From Vicinamibacteria bacterium (GTDB taxonomy: Bacteria; Acidobacteriota; Vicinamibacteria; Marinacidobacterales; Marinacidobacteraceae): a DNA stretch of 64,000 bases. Below the pieces are notes generated by a model. The model was not told the DNA's origin and ran no database searches. It was given only the letters and a program-made list of their open reading frames with translations. Every line of letters starts with the position of its first letter. Position 1 is the first letter of the stretch. Position numbers and translations under genes: made by a program. Shown piece after piece: positions 8,797 through 16,994 of this stretch. The stretch spans positions 1,120,001-1,184,000 of the forward strand of contig OZ219816.1 of the NCBI GenBank assembly GCA_964291235.2, given 5' to 3'.

Positions 8797-9594
8797 GTGC
8801 TACTGGAAAACAAACGAGGACTGATCGTCGGGGTCGCAAACCACCGCTCCTTTGCGTGGGGAATCGCCCGGTCCGCGGCGCGGGAGGGAGCGGCGCTCGC
8901 GCTCAGCTTCCAGAACGAGCGGCTCCGCCGGAACGTGGACAAGCTGGCGGCGCAAATCCCCGGGACCGTTACCTTGCCCCTCGATGTGTCGAGCGAACAG
9001 GAGTTGGCAAGCGCCGCGGAGACGGTGCGCGAGCACTTCGGCGGCCTCGATTTTGTCGTCCATGCGGTGGCCTACGCACTCCGTGAGGATCTGGAAGGCG
9101 ACTTCGTTTCCACCTCCCGGGAAGGCTTCCGGGTGGCGCACGACATCTCGGCGTATTCGCTCACCGCGCTCGTCCGCCACTTCGTGCTGCTGCTCGAGGC
9201 CGACGGCGGCGGGTCGGTGGTGACCCTCAGCTACCTGGGGGGCGAACGGGCGGTTCCCCACTACAACGTAATGGGCGTGGCCAAGGCCGCGCTGGAGTCA
9301 TCGGTCCGGTACCTGGCGAGCGATCTGGGCCCGCGCGGAGTTCGGGTGAACGCCATTTCGGCGGGTCCCGCCAAGACGCTCGCGGCCTCGGGAGTCTCGG
9401 GGATCGGCAAGATGGTGGAGCACTACCGCCAGTACGCGCCGCTTCGCGCCGGCACCGATCCGCTGGAAGTGGGCGACGCGGCGGCGTTCCTGCTGTCTGA
9501 CGCCGCGCGGGGAGTTACCGGTGAGGTGCTTCACGTGGACAGCGGCTTCCACGCCCTGGGCGCAACGATTCCCGGACTCGGAGCCGGGGCTTGA
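8797..9594 (+). CDS. fabI: Enoyl-ACP reductase (NADH)
   Basis: GVANHRSFAWGIA, HDISAYS, YNVMGVAKAALES, VNAISAGP; start GTG 8797. Confidence 0.93.
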   Translation: MLLENKRGLIVGVANHRSFAWGIARSAAREGAALALSFQNERLRRNVDKLAAQIPGTVTLPLDVSSEQELASAAETVREHFGGLDFVVHAVAYALREDLEGDFVSTSREGFRVAHDISAYSLTALVRHFVLLLEADGGGSVVTLSYLGGERAVPHYNVMGVAKAALESSVRYLASDLGPRGVRVNAISAGPAKTLAASGVSGIGKMVEHYRQYAPLRAGTDPLEVGDAAAFLLSDAARGVTGEVLHVDSGFHALGATIPGLGAGA

Positions 9595-9612
9595 TCGAGG
9601 TAGGACGGACCG

Positions 9613-10908
9613 ATGGCTGATTCCCCGAAGAACGCCGATGAGCGGGGAGAACCGCGATTTTTGCCGGGGAACGGAAATGTTCCCACCACCAAGGCGCTCA
9701 TCTACGACTGGAATCGGCCGGATCCCGAGCGCGCCTGGCGCCCGCCCAAACCGGTCCTTCTGAACGACGAGACACTGCGCGACGGGCTCCAGAGCCCGTC
9801 GGTCGTGTCGCCCTCGCTCGAAAAGAAGGCCGAGGTGCTTCACCTGATGGAGTCACTCGGGATCGACTCGGCGGACATCGGCCTCCCGGCCGCGGGTCCG
9901 CACGTGGAGGAGCAGGTGCTCCACCTTGCCCGGGAAATCACCGACAACCGGTTGCGAATTCGTCCCAACTGTGCGGCGCGCACGGTGATCTCCGACATCG
10001 AGCCCATCGCCCGGGTGGCCGACAAGGTGGGGATGCCCATCGAGGTGGCGATGTTCATCGGCTCCAGTCCCATCCGCCAGTACGCTGAAGACTGGAATCT
10101 CGATCTGCTGCTCCGGCACACCGAGAAGGCGGTGTCGTGGGCGGTGGCTCACGGCGTGCCCCCCATGTACGTCACCGAGGACACCACCCGGGCGCGGCCC
10201 GAGAGCGTGCGCCGGCTCTATACGGCGGCGATCGAGGCCGGGGCGCGGCGCGTCGTGGTCTGCGACACCGTGGGACACGCCACTCCCGATGGGGTCACCC
10301 GCCTGCTGCGGTTCGTGAGGGAAGTAATCGACGAGACCGGAGAAGAGGTGCAGCTCGACTGGCACGGGCACCGGGATCGCGGCCTTTCCGTCCCGAACAG
10401 CCTCACGGCGATCGAGGCCGGGGCCGACTGCGTGCACGGGACGGCGATTGGGATCGGAGAGCGGTGCGGAAACGCTCCGATGGATCAATTGCTCGTGAAC
10501 TTCCGGCTCCTCGGGTGGATCGACAACGACCTCACGCATCTGCCGGACTACTGCCGCACGGTTTCGGAAGCCACCGGGGCCCGGATTCCGGCCGGCTATC
10601 CGGTGGTCGGAAAGGACGCCTTCCGCACCGGAACCGGGGTCCACGCGGCGGCAATCATCAAGGCGATGGCCAAGGGCGATGATTGGCTGGCGGACCGCGT
10701 GTATTCGGGTGTTCCGGCCGGGGACTACGGCCTTCACCAGAAAGTTGAAGTCGGTCCGATGAGCGGCCTTTCGAACGTGATCTACTGGTTGGAGCAGCAT
10801 GGCCATGAGCCGACGGATGAGTTGAAGCACCGGATTTTCCAGGCAGCCAAGGATGCCCGGCGGATGCTGACCGACGCCGAGATCGAGGCCCTGATCGCTT
10901 CCGCCTGA
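9613..10908 (+). CDS. LeuA-like DRE-TIM acyl-CoA condensing enzyme (isopropylmalate/homocitrate/citramalate synthase family) without regulatory domain
   Basis: DETLRDGLQSP, WHGHRDRG, GIGERCGN, GVHAAAI. Confidence 0.85.
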   Translation: MADSPKNADERGEPRFLPGNGNVPTTKALIYDWNRPDPERAWRPPKPVLLNDETLRDGLQSPSVVSPSLEKKAEVLHLMESLGIDSADIGLPAAGPHVEEQVLHLAREITDNRLRIRPNCAARTVISDIEPIARVADKVGMPIEVAMFIGSSPIRQYAEDWNLDLLLRHTEKAVSWAVAHGVPPMYVTEDTTRARPESVRRLYTAAIEAGARRVVVCDTVGHATPDGVTRLLRFVREVIDETGEEVQLDWHGHRDRGLSVPNSLTAIEAGADCVHGTAIGIGERCGNAPMDQLLVNFRLLGWIDNDLTHLPDYCRTVSEATGARIPAGYPVVGKDAFRTGTGVHAAAIIKAMAKGDDWLADRVYSGVPAGDYGLHQKVEVGPMSGLSNVIYWLEQHGHEPTDELKHRIFQAAKDARRMLTDAEIEALIASA

Positions 10909-10956
10909 ACCCGCGCGCCGGTCTTGACCGAGTCGGCGGCGCGGCCCGGGAGCGGC

Positions 10957-11264
10957 TAACTGCCTGTTGTGAAACGCGCGTGAGCACCGAGGCCCCCACC
11001 GGGAGAACTGGGCCGACCTCCAGGCCGGCACAGCGGCGCGGAGCGCCGCGGGCGGTTCCTCGCCGCTCGCGCTCACGGGGTCCCTTCGAAAGAGAGCCAT
11101 CCCGGCCACCCAAGTCCGCCCCGCCGCCCGCCTACGGCGGGCTGTGCCGGCCTGGAGGCCGGCGTTCCCGTGCCTTTCCGACATCAAGGCTGGTGGGGTT
11201 CCCGCCGAGAGAGGAACCATCCTGCGTCGATCTCTGCGGCGGAGGTATGAGAAATCCCGGTTAG
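10957..11264. repeat. Intergenic cluster of REP/MITE-like repeats
   Basis: Inverted pair 11013-11034/11141-11162 (21/22). GGCCCCCACCGGGAGAACTGGGCC at 10991-11014 recurs at 39381-39473. Degenerate end TAACTGCCTGTTGTG at 10957. Confidence 0.65.
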
Positions 11265-12142
11265 CGGCGGGAGACGACGGTCGCCACTCCCTCGTGGATG
11301 AGGCGCGCGGCGAGGATGAGCGTCCGGTTGTCGCGGTCGTCCGGACACGCCTCCACGACGTCCATGCCGACGAGGCGATGTCCGGAAACGCCGATCTCCC
11401 GGACGAGGTCGAGACCGGCGCGCCCGGACAGTCCGCCGGGGACGGGATGGGCCACGGCGGGGGCAAAGGCGGGATCGAAGCCGTCCATGTCCACCGTCAG
11501 GTAGATCGCGGAACGTTCCGGGAGGTGGGACAGGAACCGAGTTCGCCGTTCGGCCTCCCAGGCCGGAATCTGGGCGACCCGGCCACCTGCCGCCTCCCGA
11601 ACGTTCCGCTGCACGGAAGTCTCCGTCCGGATGCCGATCTGGGTGACGGTCGCTACGTGGGACATATCGAGCAGGCGGGCGGCGACGCAGGCGTGTGAAT
11701 CGCGGTTCCCGGCGAAATCCGGATACATGTCGGGATGGGCGTCCCACTGCACCACGTGGACCGGTTCCCCGCCGGCATAGGCGGCCACCAGCGCGGGGGT
11801 GATCGCATGGTCGCCCCCCAGAACGAACGGGACCCGGCGGTGCGCCAGTTCCGCCCGGACCGCGGCGGTGTAGCGGCCGGCGTTCGCCGGAAAGTCGGCC
11901 GGTTCGGGGCGCAGATCACCTCGATCCGCGACGCTCGCGGCGCAGTCCACGCCGGTCTCCGAGACCGTGTTGTAGCAGTCGCCGTCGTAGGCCGCGCGAA
12001 TGGCGGGCGGAGCCTCGGCGCAGCGGTCGCGGTAGGTGGACTGGGTGGCGTCCATGACGCCGAGGAGGGAGGCGGGAGCCCGTTTGGCGGCCGCGCCGGA
12101 AGCAATAAGACCCCCGAAAGGGCTTTGGGTTGGATTCTGCAC
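11261..12142 (-). CDS. Agmatinase/arginase (ureohydrolase) family protein; start uncertain (GTG 12142 or ATG 12055)
   Basis: GGDHAIT, WDAHPD, SHAC, DMDGFDPAFAP, GMDVVE Mn-binding motifs. Confidence 0.88.
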   Translation of the reverse strand: MQNPTQSPFGGLIASGAAAKRAPASLLGVMDATQSTYRDRCAEAPPAIRAAYDGDCYNTVSETGVDCAASVADRGDLRPEPADFPANAGRYTAAVRAELAHRRVPFVLGGDHAITPALVAAYAGGEPVHVVQWDAHPDMYPDFAGNRDSHACVAARLLDMSHVATVTQIGIRTETSVQRNVREAAGGRVAQIPAWEAERRTRFLSHLPERSAIYLTVDMDGFDPAFAPAVAHPVPGGLSGRAGLDLVREIGVSGHRLVGMDVVEACPDDRDNRTLILAARLIHEGVATVVSRR

Positions 12143-12166
12143 GCCGGTATGTTGGCAGCCTGTATT

Positions 12167-12325
12167 AGCCCGTGGGGAAAGCACCCCGCACGGACCCCGG
12201 GGGATCGCGCACCCCGAGTCCGTGGTCTGCGTGGCGTGCGGGGCGCTTTCCCCACGGGCTGATGCTGCGCCTCGCTTCGCGATTCGCAGCATCGTCTTTC
12301 GTGGGGAGGGGAAACCCCTCCCTAC
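12167..12325. repeat. Three consecutive palindromes (REP-like)
   Basis: 12167-12192/12235-12260 inverted repeat (25/26); 12261-12293 9-bp stem; 12301-12325 GTGGGGAGGGG-AAA-CCCCTCCCTAC. Confidence 0.75.
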
Positions 12326-12402
12326 ACCCGACCCCCGCGGCGCTGCCCGCCGCGAATGGATGCCTTCCGGGTTTCACTGCAGGCTCTTAAGCTCTCCCGA
12401 CG

Positions 12403-13893
12403 ATGGCTGCCCGCCCGCGCTCCGCGGTTTCCGTAATGCTCACCCAGGGGGACGAGGTGCTCCTCGTGCGGCGCTCGCCGCGGCTCCGGGCTTTCGCGAA
12501 CCTGTGGGCGTTCCCGGGCGGGACGGTTTCCCGGGAGGATTGGGAGATTCCGGTGGCCGGCGCGCCGGACGCCGAAACGGCGGCCCGCATCGCGGCCGCG
12601 GTGCGCGAGGTCTTCGAAGAAACAGGAGTCTTTCTCGGCACGGGGCGATCCCTGCCGGCACCCGAGCGGGACCGGCTGCGAAAGGGCCTCCTCGCGGAGA
12701 CAATCGGCCTCCCCGAGGTGTTGCACGGTTTCGAGGCGACGATCGACGCTTCGCGCTTCGCGGCGGTCGAAGAACTGGTGACTCCGGCATCCGCGCCCTT
12801 TCGGTTCGACACCCGCTTTTACCGGCTCCCCCTGCCGGAGGGGGCCGAACCGTCGGTCTGGCCCGGCGAAATCGTGGACCAGGCCCTGCTCAGTCCCTCG
12901 GTCGCGCTCTCCCGCTGGCGGAAGGGCGAGTTGGCGCTGGCTCCGCCGATCATCGGCCTGCTGGAACGCTGGTCCGCCGATGATGGCGTTTTCCGCGCCC
13001 GGAACCGCGTCGCGGGCCAGGTCCGTCCCGCCGTCCGTTACTCCCCCGGCATCTTCGTGATTCCCTGCCGGACCCGCACTCTGCCGCCCGCCACCCATAC
13101 GAACGCCGTCCTCATCGGAACCTCGCGCCGCTATCTGGTGGATCCCGCGGCGGAGGAGCCCGAGGAACGGAAGATGCTGTTTGGCATGGTGGACCGGCTG
13201 CTCGGCACGGATCGGCTCGAGGCCGTTCTCGTCACCCACCATCATCCGGACCACACGGGATCGGTCGCCGAAGCGTCGTCCCGTTACGGGGTTCCGGTGG
13301 CCGCCCATCCGGAGACGCTGGCGCGGATCCCCTCAGCGGCGGGCGGGTGCATGACGCTGACCGAGGGAGAGGTCCTCGACCTCGGGGAGGCGCCCGACGG
13401 ATCTCGCGGTTGGACGCTCGGGATTCGCTTCGTTCCCGGCCACGCCCCAGGACACCTCGCCTTCGTGGAGAGCCGCTACGGCGCGATGGTGGTGGGAGAC
13501 ATGGTTTCCTCGCTGTCCTCGATCCTGATTTCTCCCGAGGACGGAGATCTCGGCCTTTACATGCGTTCGCTCCGGCGGCTGGCGGACGAATGCGAAGGGG
13601 TTGTATATCCGGGACACGGAGTTCCCGTGGTGGCGGGAGCCCACCTGCTGCGGAGCCAGATTCGGCACCGGGAGGCCCGGGAAGCGAAGCTTCTGAGCGC
13701 CCTGGCGGAGAAACCGGCCAGCCTGCGGACGATCGGTTTGCGCGTCTATCCGCCGACCGAGATCCCGCGCCAGGGCCCGGTCCGCAGGTTGGCGGAGGTC
13801 GCGCTGACTTCGGGGCTCAGGAAACTGGAGCGCGAGGGAAGAGCCCGGACGAGCGGTCCGGAGTGGGCGCGGGCCGAGACTCCGGCCGGCTGA
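12403..13893 (+). CDS. NUDIX hydrolase / metallo-beta-lactamase-fold (LACTB2-like) fusion
   Basis: FPGG...AVREVFEETG Nudix box; THHHPDH, GHAPGH, VGD and PGHG MBL motifs; C-terminal winged-helix-like tail. Confidence 0.85.
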   Translation: MAARPRSAVSVMLTQGDEVLLVRRSPRLRAFANLWAFPGGTVSREDWEIPVAGAPDAETAARIAAAVREVFEETGVFLGTGRSLPAPERDRLRKGLLAETIGLPEVLHGFEATIDASRFAAVEELVTPASAPFRFDTRFYRLPLPEGAEPSVWPGEIVDQALLSPSVALSRWRKGELALAPPIIGLLERWSADDGVFRARNRVAGQVRPAVRYSPGIFVIPCRTRTLPPATHTNAVLIGTSRRYLVDPAAEEPEERKMLFGMVDRLLGTDRLEAVLVTHHHPDHTGSVAEASSRYGVPVAAHPETLARIPSAAGGCMTLTEGEVLDLGEAPDGSRGWTLGIRFVPGHAPGHLAFVESRYGAMVVGDMVSSLSSILISPEDGDLGLYMRSLRRLADECEGVVYPGHGVPVVAGAHLLRSQIRHREAREAKLLSALAEKPASLRTIGLRVYPPTEIPRQGPVRRLAEVALTSGLRKLEREGRARTSGPEWARAETPAG

Positions 13894-13938
13894 AGCGAGC
13901 CCAGGGCCGCGGCCGCACAGCCGGAGAGTGCGGTCGAG

Positions 13939-15252
13939 CTACTCGCCGCCGCCGGTATCGCTGCCCGGCACCGTATTCCCCGCGATGACCACCCGATCGA
14001 TGGAGCGGAGGTTCGCAATGTCGTCGAGAGGGTTGTCACCCAGCACAATGAAGTCGGCCCAGTTGCCGGCGGTGAGCGTGCCGACACCCTCAAGGCCCAG
14101 GCAGGTGGCCGCGTCTCCGGTAGCGGACATCAGGATTTGTTCCGGCGTCAGGCCGGCTTCCGACATCTCGCCGGTTTCGATGTGCTCGAAATAACCCTGG
14201 AACCGGCCGGCGGGGCCGGTGTCGGTGCCGAAGGCGATCTTCACTCCAGCGTCGGCCACTGCCTTCGCGTTGGCCATCGCGATCGGGTAGTGCTCCCGAT
14301 ATCCCTGCGCCGAGCTGCTTTCCGCGACCCGCGCCATGCGCTCGGGATCCTTGAGTTGTTCCAGCACCGCCGGGTCCGCGTCCTTCAGGAAGAAGGGGTC
14401 CTCGAAGAAATCGGGCACCTCGGAATAGACGTAGGTGGAGATTTCGCGGACCAGGGTTGGCACGTAACAGACGTCCTTCTCCTTCATGAGCTCGACGAAT
14501 TCCTCGTCCACGGGCTGGTCCCGCACGCTGTGGGCGATCAGGCCCGAACCGGCGCGCAGCACCTCCTTGGCGTCGTCGAGATAGAAAATGTGGGTGGTGA
14601 CGCGCTTGCCGGCTTCCCGGCCCAGTTCCATCACTCTTTCGATGGTCTCGGAGGAGACGCGCTCGTTCGCTCCCAGGTTCGTGTCCACGCGCATCTTGAG
14701 GAAATCGGCGGGTAGCGCCAGGCTCCGCGCTACCGACGCGGCCGCTTCTTCCGGAGTGCCGCTTGAAATGACTTCGCCGGCGATCCAGATCCGAGCCCGG
14801 TCGAGGTCCTCGTTCTGCTCATCGCGGAGCACGGCAGCTTCTGCGCCGTCCCCGCCCAGCGAAGCGATGCTCGTGACCCCGTAGCGGGCGTAGAGGCCGA
14901 GTTGTCGGATCAGGTTGTCGCGGCCGTAGTGGCCGGTTTCGAGACCCATGACGTCGCTCGCATGCGCGTGGGCGTTGATGAATCCCGGAACCACGGTCTT
15001 GCCGGCGAGATCCTCCACTTGCGCGCCCGGCGGAATCTCCACCTCACTTGCCGGGCCTGCTGCGGCGACGCGTCCGTGATCCACAACCAGCACCGCGTCC
15101 TCGACGGCCGGGCTGCCGGTGCCGTCCCAGAGGGTGGCGCCGGTGAAGGCGGTAACTCCGGGCAGTGGTGGGGGGTCGGAGCCGCAAGCGGCGAGAGCGG
15201 CCAGCGCGACCGGAATGAGGAGGAAACGCTTCTTCCGGGAAAAAATGGTCAT
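13939..15252 (-). CDS. Amidohydrolase family lipoprotein
   Basis: Lipobox ALAAC; PGFINAHAH, FGTDTG, GNWADFIVL. Start ATG 15252. Confidence 0.85.
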   Translation of the reverse strand: MTIFSRKKRFLLIPVALAALAACGSDPPPLPGVTAFTGATLWDGTGSPAVEDAVLVVDHGRVAAAGPASEVEIPPGAQVEDLAGKTVVPGFINAHAHASDVMGLETGHYGRDNLIRQLGLYARYGVTSIASLGGDGAEAAVLRDEQNEDLDRARIWIAGEVISSGTPEEAAASVARSLALPADFLKMRVDTNLGANERVSSETIERVMELGREAGKRVTTHIFYLDDAKEVLRAGSGLIAHSVRDQPVDEEFVELMKEKDVCYVPTLVREISTYVYSEVPDFFEDPFFLKDADPAVLEQLKDPERMARVAESSSAQGYREHYPIAMANAKAVADAGVKIAFGTDTGPAGRFQGYFEHIETGEMSEAGLTPEQILMSATGDAATCLGLEGVGTLTAGNWADFIVLGDNPLDDIANLRSIDRVVIAGNTVPGSDTGGGE

Positions 15253-15312
15253 GGATCGGCCTCCAGAGCGCCCGAGCATAACGACCTTCGGCGCTGTTAG
15301 CGTTCCGTGGTC

Positions 15313-16221
15313 ATGACGAGCGCGACCGTGGCGTCGGCGGCAACCGAACTCGGCCCTCCCAACATGTGCGGGACGCTTCGGCGCGCGCTGCTGATCGGTC
15401 CCGGTAGCGTCGGGTGGGAAGCGGGCGCCTCGTGGCGGGAACTCGGGTACCTCCATCCACCCGAGGCGTCGCTGGCCGCGCGCCAGCACGACCGGATCCG
15501 TTCCCTGTTGGTGGCGCACGACGTCGAGCTGGTGGAGCCCGAAGGATGTGCCCCAGAACTCACGCCGGACGCCGTCTACTGCCACGACGCTTCGTTCCCT
15601 TCGCGGCGGGGCATGATCCTGATGCGAATGGGCAAGGAGAACCGGCGCAACGAACCCGCAGCGCACGCCGGAATCTACGAACGGTGCGGAATTCCGGTGT
15701 GCGGCGCCATCGAGGCGCCGGGACTCGCCGAGGGCGGGGACCTGGTGTGGCTGGACGAGCGCACGGTGCTCGCCGGCGAGGGTTACCGCACGAACGCAGC
15801 GGGGATCGCCCAGTTGCGTGGCCTCCTTGCCGATGACGGCGTGGAGGTCCTTTCCGTGCCCCTGCCGTTCGGCGACGGCCCCCGGTGCTGTCTCCATCTC
15901 ATGTCCCTGATCAGCGTTCTCGATCACCGTACGATGGTCGCCGACCTGCGGTTTCTCGCCGTGCCGACCGTCCGCCTGTTGCAGGAGCGCGGATACCGAT
16001 TCGTCCGGATCGCCGAAGCCGAACGGGACACGATGGCGGCAAACGTGCTGGCGCTCGGGAACGGCGCCCTGGTCGCCATTGCCGCCAATCGCGCGACCAA
16101 CGAGCACTTGCGCGAAGCCGGCTTCGAGGTGTTGACCTACGAGGGCAGCGAGATCAGCCAGAATGGCTCGGGTGGCCCGACGTGTCTGACCCGGCCCCTC
16201 GTCCGGGAAGCCGCGTCATGA
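15313..16221 (+). CDS. Amidinotransferase/dimethylarginine dimethylaminohydrolase/arginine deiminase-like (pentein) protein
   Basis: PDAVYCHD, EGGD, GYRTN, LHLMS, GGPTCLTRP (catalytic Cys). Confidence 0.85.
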   Translation: MTSATVASAATELGPPNMCGTLRRALLIGPGSVGWEAGASWRELGYLHPPEASLAARQHDRIRSLLVAHDVELVEPEGCAPELTPDAVYCHDASFPSRRGMILMRMGKENRRNEPAAHAGIYERCGIPVCGAIEAPGLAEGGDLVWLDERTVLAGEGYRTNAAGIAQLRGLLADDGVEVLSVPLPFGDGPRCCLHLMSLISVLDHRTMVADLRFLAVPTVRLLQERGYRFVRIAEAERDTMAANVLALGNGALVAIAANRATNEHLREAGFEVLTYEGSEISQNGSGGPTCLTRPLVREAAS

Positions 16222-16493
16222 ATCCTCGCATCCGTCGGATCGGCTGGCTCGTCTTCGGCCTCTTCGCGCTGCTCGTGATCTTCGTCGTGTCCTCAACGCT
16301 CACGATGGGCGAGGCGCGTTGCGAGGTAACCATGGAAATGGTGGGTCGCCAGGCCACGGTGACCGCCCGGGGCGCGACCGAGGCGGATGCGATCCGGGCC
16401 GCCGTCACGGGCGCCTGCGCCCGGGTTGCGGATGGTCGGACGGCGAACATCCTCTGTCTGGATACGCCTCCCCGCGCGGTTCGCTGCGACTAG
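16218..16493 (+). CDS. Small membrane-anchored Cys-containing protein
   Basis: ATGA overlap with the upstream gene; N-terminal TM helix followed by 4 Cys. Confidence 0.7.
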   Translation: MNPRIRRIGWLVFGLFALLVIFVVSSTLTMGEARCEVTMEMVGRQATVTARGATEADAIRAAVTGACARVADGRTANILCLDTPPRAVRCD

Positions 16494-16983
16494 CCGGGAG
16501 TTCCTGGAGAGCCCCCTCGGGGCGGACGACGAAGGCCCGCACCCGGCGGCGCAACAGGATGCGGGCCGCAGCCCGGTAGCGGCGGGCTCGGACGTCCGCG
16601 GTATCGGCAGCGCTGGCCTGCATCGCCACCACCGAAGCGGCCCCGGCTCCGGCGCCGAGGAAGAGACTGGGGACTACCGTGACCCGGGCGGTTCCGTCCC
16701 GGCGCCGGAGTCCCACCCGGACATTTGCCCGCAGCTCTCCCGCGAGACTTCCTCCCGGAACCCTCTCGGCGGCAGCCGCCAGGGCCAGACGGAGGGCGCG
16801 TTCGGCCACGTCCCGTCTTCCGGACGCCGACGGGACCAGGCGCTCGTCGGCGAGCCGGAAGGCGGTCTCCCGGTCCGGGACGAAGGGGTGGCGGTCGGCG
16901 CGTTGCAGGAGCCGGTGGGCGAGGACCCTGGTGGCGACGTCGATGCGGCTCCGCTGCCGACGGTGCGGGGGTGCTCCGCTCAT
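16405..16983 (-). CDS. Putative degenerate PD-(D/E)XK-like domain resembling the AddA C-terminal nuclease domain
   Basis: ATG 16983 lies 11 nt after the addA stop. TRVLAHRLLQ resembles GT..H..LE; RARRYRAAARILL..VRAFVV resembles QL..Y..AL...V. Confidence 0.5.
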   Translation of the reverse strand: MSGAPPHRRQRSRIDVATRVLAHRLLQRADRHPFVPDRETAFRLADERLVPSASGRRDVAERALRLALAAAAERVPGGSLAGELRANVRVGLRRRDGTARVTVVPSLFLGAGAGAASVVAMQASAADTADVRARRYRAAARILLRRRVRAFVVRPEGALQELPASRSEPRGEAYPDRGCSPSDHPQPGRRRP

Positions 16984-16994
16984 CTGCGCGCGGG

